DNA of 64,000 nucleotides from Vermamoeba vermiformis (Eukaryota): NCBI GenBank assembly GCA_045837725.1, contig JBEWZL010000049.1, positions 62,001 to 126,000 of the forward strand, read 5' to 3'. Shown piece by piece: positions 57,600 to 64,000 of this stretch (position 1 is its first letter; each line of letters starts with the position of its first letter). The notes under the pieces were generated by a model. It saw only the letters and a program-made list of their open reading frames with translations, ran no database searches and was not told where the DNA came from. The position numbers and the translations under genes were made by a program.

Positions 57600-58857
57600 A
57601 TGCAAAATGCAACCGGACCTACACAAGATATTCGGGAAGATGTAATATACAGATACGTTTTTAACCTTGCAAACCCCGAAACAAGAGCTGCAGCTTTGCT
57701 CGAACTTAGCAAGCGACGAGAAGAGGTGCCTGATCTCGCACCTATTCTATGGTACAGCTTTGGAACTATTGCAGCGCTATTGCAAGAGATAGTCGCAGTC
57801 TATCCGCTGCTGTCACCACCAAAGCTCAAAGTCTCTCAATCAAATCGAGTATGCAATGCACTTGCCCTTCTTCAGTGTGTAGCATCTCATCGCGAAACGA
57901 GGACCTTGTTCCTAAATGGTAAGAGGAAAATTTTATCATTATAGAAAAATCTATTTATTATGCTTCAGTAATTTTATTTACAACCGAATCATTCGAATAT
58001 GTTACAAACAACATTATGTGATAATTTATATACCAGCATTGCCACAAGAAAAAATCGTCTAATTTTTTATCAATTTAATCTAGCCCACATCCCTTTGTTT
58101 CTGTACCCCTTCTTGAACACAAGCACTAAATCACGACCCTTCGAGTACCTTCGATTGACGAGCTTGGGCGTTATCGGTGCCTTGGTGAAGGTAAATAGCC
58201 ACTTGCTTACGATCAGATGACGTAACATTGACCGGAGCTAATTTTACTCTTAAAGATGGACGATTCGGAAGTGATCAATTTTCTCTTATCTACTGAGATC
58301 ATTCCGTTGTGTCTGCGCATCATGGAGACCGGTAGCGAGCTCTCTAAGACAGTCGCTACGTTCATAGTGCAGAAAATTTTGCTTGACGATATGGGCCTCA
58401 GCTACGTGTGCGCCACCGCTGCTCGATTCTACGCAGTTAGCAGTGTGTTGATGGGCATGGTTCAGCAGCTGGTAACTCAACCTTCTCAGCGGCTACTGAA
58501 GCACATTATTCGGTGCTACCTCCGCCTCGCAGACAATCCGAGGTAAGTTTTAGCCGCAAAGTTTTTCAGCATCGATTTCGAAATAATTAGAGCTTAAAAT
58601 GATGTCATTATGATAGGAAGAGGATGAATATTAACATGTTTCCAATTTTTCAACCTGATTAGCTCCAAATTAATTATTTTGTTTCACATCTGTTACTGCA
58701 ATCAATTTCTAACTTCTTAATCAGAGCCCGCGAGGCGCTGAGGTCTTGCCTACCTGATGCCTTTAAGGATGGCACGTTCCTGCCCTACCTAACGGACGAT
58801 CAACCCACCGCCCGTTGGTTAGCGCAACTTCTCGAAACTGTACAGCGTGATATGTAA
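57600..58857 (+). CDS. CNOT9: CCR4-NOT subunit 9 (Rcd1/CAF40)
   Basis: [69 protein letters not shown] and [12 protein letters not shown]. Confidence 0.97.
58590..58665 (+). ncRNA. Intronic box C/D snoRNA (CNOT9 intron)
   Basis: GAGCT/AGCTC stem, C-like ATGATGT, D' ATGA, D CTGA. The guide ATGATAGGAAGAG is complementary to conserved LSU CUCUUCCUAUCAU. Confidence 0.75.
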
Positions 58858-58929
58858 GAATAACTTGTAACATCTTGTACCTCATAATGTAATATACGAT
58901 GGTAAATAGAATAAAATCGTTTTTTTATG

Positions 58930-59050
58930 CACGGCGCGTTTTTTGTTCGGTTTGTTCAGATGCCCGCCAAAACATTTTTTAAATTTCCCGCCCTTTTGTG
59001 GCCCACGTGATCGTGTGTCCGTTACACAGGCACAAAAGCCTACGCGCGCT
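58930..59050 (+). promoter_or_regulatory. E2F-like sites and E-box upstream of SLBP
   Basis: CCCGCCAAAA (58963), TTTCCCGC (58984), CACGTG (59004) and CGCG boxes. Confidence 0.5.
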
Positions 59051-59143
59051 TGTCAGTTTTATTATGCAACAAGTGTTGTTGAACACTAATCATTAATTTG
59101 ATTACTAACCACCCACCTTTTTTTTCTTGCAGGATAAGTCGCA

Positions 59144-60396
59144 ATGGCCGCTAGTGTAAGTTATTAACACTGCAATTTGATCGTATCTAAGCAATCACAT
59201 CTAACGTAGCTTCTTACAACCGACAGGTCGAAGCCGTAAACTCTTTCACTCGTGAATTTTTGATTCAATTCGAGCAGGTAAATATCAACGTGCAAGCTCA
59301 TGATTTAATTCGTGCTCACATCCTGTCTTGTTTAGAAAGTCTCTGTTCCTTCTCAATTGAAAGAACGCATCTTTGAACTCGTCCTCTCAAGAGGAGAGGC
59401 GTTGGCTGTCAAGAAGCCCAAGGTAAATTGAATTTATTTTCTCATCGGCATCTGATTTTTATTAACTTGTAATTCTTCAATTAGGTTAAGCGCCCCGCTC
59501 AAACTGATTCTGACGTGGCCTCAACTAAGACCGCTTCTAAGACTTTGGTCAAGGCTAAATCGCAATCTGCCATCCAAAAGCCCGCCAAAAAGTCAACCAA
59601 GGCTGAAGAGAACGCCGTCGCTGTCGTCGCTAAGCCCGCGATTAAGGTTGCTGCCGAGAAGCCCGCCCAACCTGCTAAGGAACGAAAGGCTCTGGCTCCA
59701 ATCGTTGCCAACAAGACTTCAACTGCCTCCGCTTTGAAGCCCAAGAACGTTACTATTGCCGCCCCTAAGGCTACCACTGCTGCTGCCGTCGTTGCCAAGA
59801 CTGCTGCTCCTTCTAAGGCTGTCGCTGTCGATAAGGAGAACGACGCCAATGCTGCTAAGAGCTCCGTAATCAACATTGCCAAGGGTGTTGCTGCTATCAC
59901 CAAGGCCGCTCTCAAGCCTCAAGTGCAAAAGCCTGCTGTTGCCAAGACAGTCAAGCCTGCCGCTCCTGTCGCCGTTGCCGCCAAGCCTGTGCCCGCCATT
60001 CCTCAAGAGGATGAAGCTCCTGAGGGTGGTGAGTCAGACGAGGCTCGTCTCCGTGCTCGTCAAAAGCAAATCGAGTACGGCAAGAACACCGATGGCTACA
60101 GAAACTACGTCGCCAAGGTGCCCAAGGACCAACGCGTCAAGGGCATGCCCTCTACTCCTGACAAGTACCAAAAGTGCAGCAAGCGCAGCTGGGACGGTCA
60201 AGTTCGCAAGTGGCGCCGTCAGTTGCACGCTTACGACCCTGCTCCCGCTCCCCTCAGCGACGACTTGGACCTCATCGATGGCGAAGACTTGTCGACTCGC
60301 TTCAACGAGCTTCAATTGGGTCAAGGATCCTTGAAGGCTACTGACGCTTTCTCCTTGGAGGACAAGCCCAGAGCCGTCAAGGTCTTGCAGTTCTAA
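59144..60396 (+). CDS. SLBP: Histone mRNA stem-loop binding protein
   Basis: RNA-binding domain RLRARQKQIEYGKNTDGY...PSTPDKYQKCSKRSWDGQVRKWRRQLHAYDP, preceded by an A/K/P-rich region. 4 coding exons. Confidence 0.9.
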
Positions 60397-60592
60397 ACAA
60401 TTTTCCTCTTGTATAGTCGGATTGTATTATTGTTATTATATGTGCATAAAGGTTGTTAATCAAAAGCTGGTCCAAATTTTCTTTCGCGATCGCAGGCACG
60501 TGCCTGGCAAATTATTCTTTTGCGCTGGTTGCGCTGTTATTTCCAGCATCTCATAAGCAAAGCAACAATTAGCTTGCTACCTCAGATTAAAC

Positions 60593-62264
60593 ATGAGCCG
60601 CACGTATATTTCTCGAACTGAGTGCTACGAGGTGCTTGGCATCCAAGAAGGTGCCTCTGAAGATGAAATCAGGTATTTATATAGTGCCGATCTTATTACA
60701 GGCATTTTATTTATCAAAAGTTGCACGCAAATATTCCAAGAAGTCCCTTTAGTTTTGAACGGCAGATCGGATGTCCTAAACTCGAACAATTATCATTATT
60801 TTGTTTTATTATCAACAAGTTATAATAATTCTCATATGTTAATTATCTCTTTGAAAAATACTTATTCTGATCTTTTGACAAATAATGATTTATTTATTTA
60901 AACCAGACGGGCCTACAAGAAGCTTGCTTTGAAGCATCATCCTGATAAGAATAACAATAGTGAAGAGAGTACAGCGAAATTTAAAGAGATTTCTACAGCC
61001 TATCAAAAATTAACCAAGCCGTAAGCACGATCTTCGAGGATTTGATTTTGGCGGGACTAATTCCTTATTTTAGCGATTTTGAAGATGACGAGGGCGATTT
61101 TGACTTCACAGACATGAATGAAATGTTTATGCAAGTTATTATGTCCCGTTTGTTTGGCATGAATCCGTTCATGCAAAGAGGACCTGTCTTTATCAATCCT
61201 GGTGGCTTCGGAGGGTTCCATTTCCGTAAGTTTGAAGTAATGGACTGATATTCTACCGAGACAAACGCCCTATGTTAATATAGACGACATGTACGATGAC
61301 GAAGACGATTATTATGACGAAGAAGATGATGATGAAGACGACGAGCACAATTATTTCCACGATCATCCGTTCTTCCATTACAGACCTCACGCGCACTACC
61401 ACGATGACGAGGACGAAGAAGAGTACGACGAAGACGAGGACGAAGGTGAAGAGAGTCCTATGGATGAAGAAGCTCGCCGTCGATTCTGGCAAGCTAGAAT
61501 GCGTGCTTATTACGATGACGACGATGACGATGAAGGCGAAGAATATGACGATGATGATGAGGCTGAGGAAGATCTTGACGCCGATGAAGATGACAGTATC
61601 GATCCTGCCAAAGTCGGTGACGAGCGATACAAACACACGTTCAAGTACAACCCTCATCCACTCGCAGCAGCTATTAGAGACAGCGAGTACGGAGTGTTCA
61701 CAGATATGTTGGAAGATCATCCTGAATACGCCACTGCCAATCTTGGTGCTGGCAATACTGCCATGCATTTCTGCGCTAGATTTGGTCGCGTTCGCTTCGC
61801 TAACTATTTGTGCGATCACGGTGGCCTTCAAACAATTGCTTTGCGCAACGAGAAAGAGGAGAGCCCTATTGAGGTAATGTCTTTAACTTACATTCAATTG
61901 GATAGCGTTGCTAATTCGTGGTGATTAGATTGCCGAGGCTTATGCACACAAGTCAGTGGCAGCTTTCAGAGAGATTGCTGCTCGCGCACGCAAACAAGCT
62001 AGAAAGGACGAACAAGAGAGCAAAGCTAAGCAACAACAGCAGCCTAAGAAAAAGAACAACAAGAAGAATAAGAAGTACAAGAACACGCAGAAGAACAGCG
62101 ATAAGAAGAAGCCAGAGAGCGGTGCTAATCCTACCACAGGGGCCAATGGCAATAACGGCAAAGCAGCGGAGAAAAAAGTGCAAGAAGAGAGCGATGAGGA
62201 AGATGAGGGTGTTTCATTTGGTCAAAATGTCTTCTCCGTGCTTCAAGGCGCCAACAAGAAGTAA
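60593..62264 (+). CDS. J-domain protein with acidic region and ankyrin repeats
   Basis: CYEVLGI...[16 protein letters not shown]-domain, D/E-rich tract, [12 protein letters not shown] ankyrin and K-rich tail. Confidence 0.85.
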
Positions 62265-62433
62265 TTGAAAGGACACTTGTCTTATCTAATGCTTTTGTTA
62301 TTCGCGGTCTAGATTAAGTTTTGTACCGGTTGTAAATATAGGTTTTTGTTGCTGAAAAGAGGAATCTTTTAAATTTTGTCAAGCTGCATCCATTTATTTT
62401 TGTAACCCAACATGTTGGCAATACGACCTCATT

Positions 62434-64000
62434 ATGAGCTCTAATAAGGATTTTAAAAAACGAAGGGGCGAAGACGAAATGGATGATAGAGAACAAAAGC
62501 GTCGACGAGGAGATCACGAGGGTGATCGCTCAAGATCTTATTATAATTCTCGATCTACGGACAAAAAAAGACACAACAGGAATAATTACAATAATGGGCA
62601 AAGCCAGAACTATTCAAATAATAGAAAATCGTCCAAAAATTATACAGATCGCAATAATAATTTAGCCTATTCACCAAAAAATTATAATCAGCCTCAATAT
62701 CGAAGAAAAGAGTCGGATGATCATAATAGAAATATTGAGAAAAAAGAGTACAAGAAGAAGCTCACCATCCATCTTGTTTCAGATAACACGACACAGCACG
62801 CAGGAAATAATAGGACCCTGCATTTCAATTTTGTAAATAATAATATTAAGAGTAACCAATCGAATCAAAGTCCTCAACAACCCAAAGTGTCAAGCCCATC
62901 CACGAATGACACAAAAACAGAGCCAGCGCCACCTCTTCCAGGCTATTACTACGACCCCGATATCAATAGGTACTTTAAAGTGCCACCGACAGGCACAGTA
63001 ATGTACAAGAAGTACCAAGAGGCGTTGAAAAAGGCCGAGGAAAAGGATCGCAAACAGAAAGAGGAGAGGCAGCAGCGAGAGGAAAAAGAAAGAATAGAGC
63101 GTGGTGTAAATATATCTATATTAAGCGACAAATATAAGAGTCCATTATCAACTCTTATACGAAGAGAAGCTGGTAGATCTCAACGACCGAAAGAATTTGT
63201 ATCGTAAGTGGAATCAATTTTGAATATTCTTATGCTAATATCTATATTTAGCAAATCATTAGCAACGTTATTCAAGCGGATAGAATGCCGCTATAATTTT
63301 CCTTGGCCACTTCCTGACACAGAATGTTATGACATGATTGTACAGAACGATGAGACACTGATAACTGGTTTAAGAGACGGCCAATTCATGTACGTCAAGT
63401 TACTACATGGACTTATAACCTGACATCATGACTCGCAGGGTTGATAAACTTGAATGGAGAGACAAAGATATTTATGTCAAAGGATTGTGCACGACAGAAT
63501 CGAGTTCAGTACGTTAAGACTATCATAATAATTGTTAACATACATTATTGCAGATAAGCTCGGTGGGATTTCATTCAAAGCACAAGACAATGTACAGGTA
63601 GAGTAATTCTCTATTTAAGTTTAATTTTATTGACCGGATATCCGCATTTAGTTCGACTATCCTAGGAGGAGGTCGTAGCGGCGAATTAAAGCTATATAAT
63701 TCGCGCCTTCAGTGCGAACATGTAACGAAGCTGCGCAAAGGTTCAATGTGGTGTCATCAATGGTCTGCGAATGGACAATACATTTCTATGGGCATCAGCA
63801 AGGGTGCCATGATCCTTGATACTGTCACAACGAAGGTGATAAATTGTTTCACTGAAAAGAGCGATGTTTTTGCACAAGCGTTCACTGAAAACGTATGTCA
63901 GATCTACCTGTACAAACATTGTTTCATTTTCGAACTAATCTATTCTCAAGAGCAATATATTATTGAATGGATCACGCGATGGCAAGATTCGCACGTTTGA
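62434..64000 (+). CDS. DCAF4: DCAF4/WDR21-like WD40 protein, 3'-truncated
   Basis: LPGYYYDPDINRYFKV signature, then WD40-like exons (SMWCHQWS, KSDVFAQAF). Confidence 0.75.

Noticed and set aside
1-64000. CRISPR array, rRNA genes or prokaryotic operons
   Set aside because: No repeat-spacer arrays or rRNA-length conserved blocks were seen. Genes are spliced and eukaryotic, and rRNA-like matches are only short snoRNA guides.

Overview
Gene-dense, intron-rich eukaryotic DNA with mostly 40-60 nt GT-AG introns. The organism is probably a free-living amoeba-type protist (inference from gene content and intron style). About 28 protein genes can be modelled by hand: MRPS9, LRMDA-like, ANKZF1/Vms1, formin, CAMK-type kinase, ArfGAP, CCDC47, citrate synthase, CENP-S, GlyRS, MYBBP1A/Pol5, CNOT9, SLBP, DnaJ-ankyrin, DCAF4 and several LRR, F-box and surface proteins. 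A complete, very young Ty3/Gypsy LTR retrotransposon (31647-37675) has identical 247-bp LTRs, an ACAG target-site duplication and a -1 frameshift signal, and it splits an LRR gene. The most notable items are: (1) an intronless gene with no signal peptide whose C-terminal domain follows the alpha-hemolysin/leukocidin beta-pore-forming pattern; (2) an 86-nt box C/D fold-back element present twice, in sense orientation, in introns of unrelated genes; (3) a Crinkler-like P-loop NTPase gene whose body is almost CpG-free; (4) a U12-type AT-AC intron; (5) an SLBP carrying an eIF4G-like eIF4E-binding motif; (6) alternative first exons giving mitochondrial and cytosolic GlyRS; (7) two intronic snoRNAs with LSU rRNA-complementary guides. 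All gene models and family calls come from manual reading and motif recall; no database searches were run.
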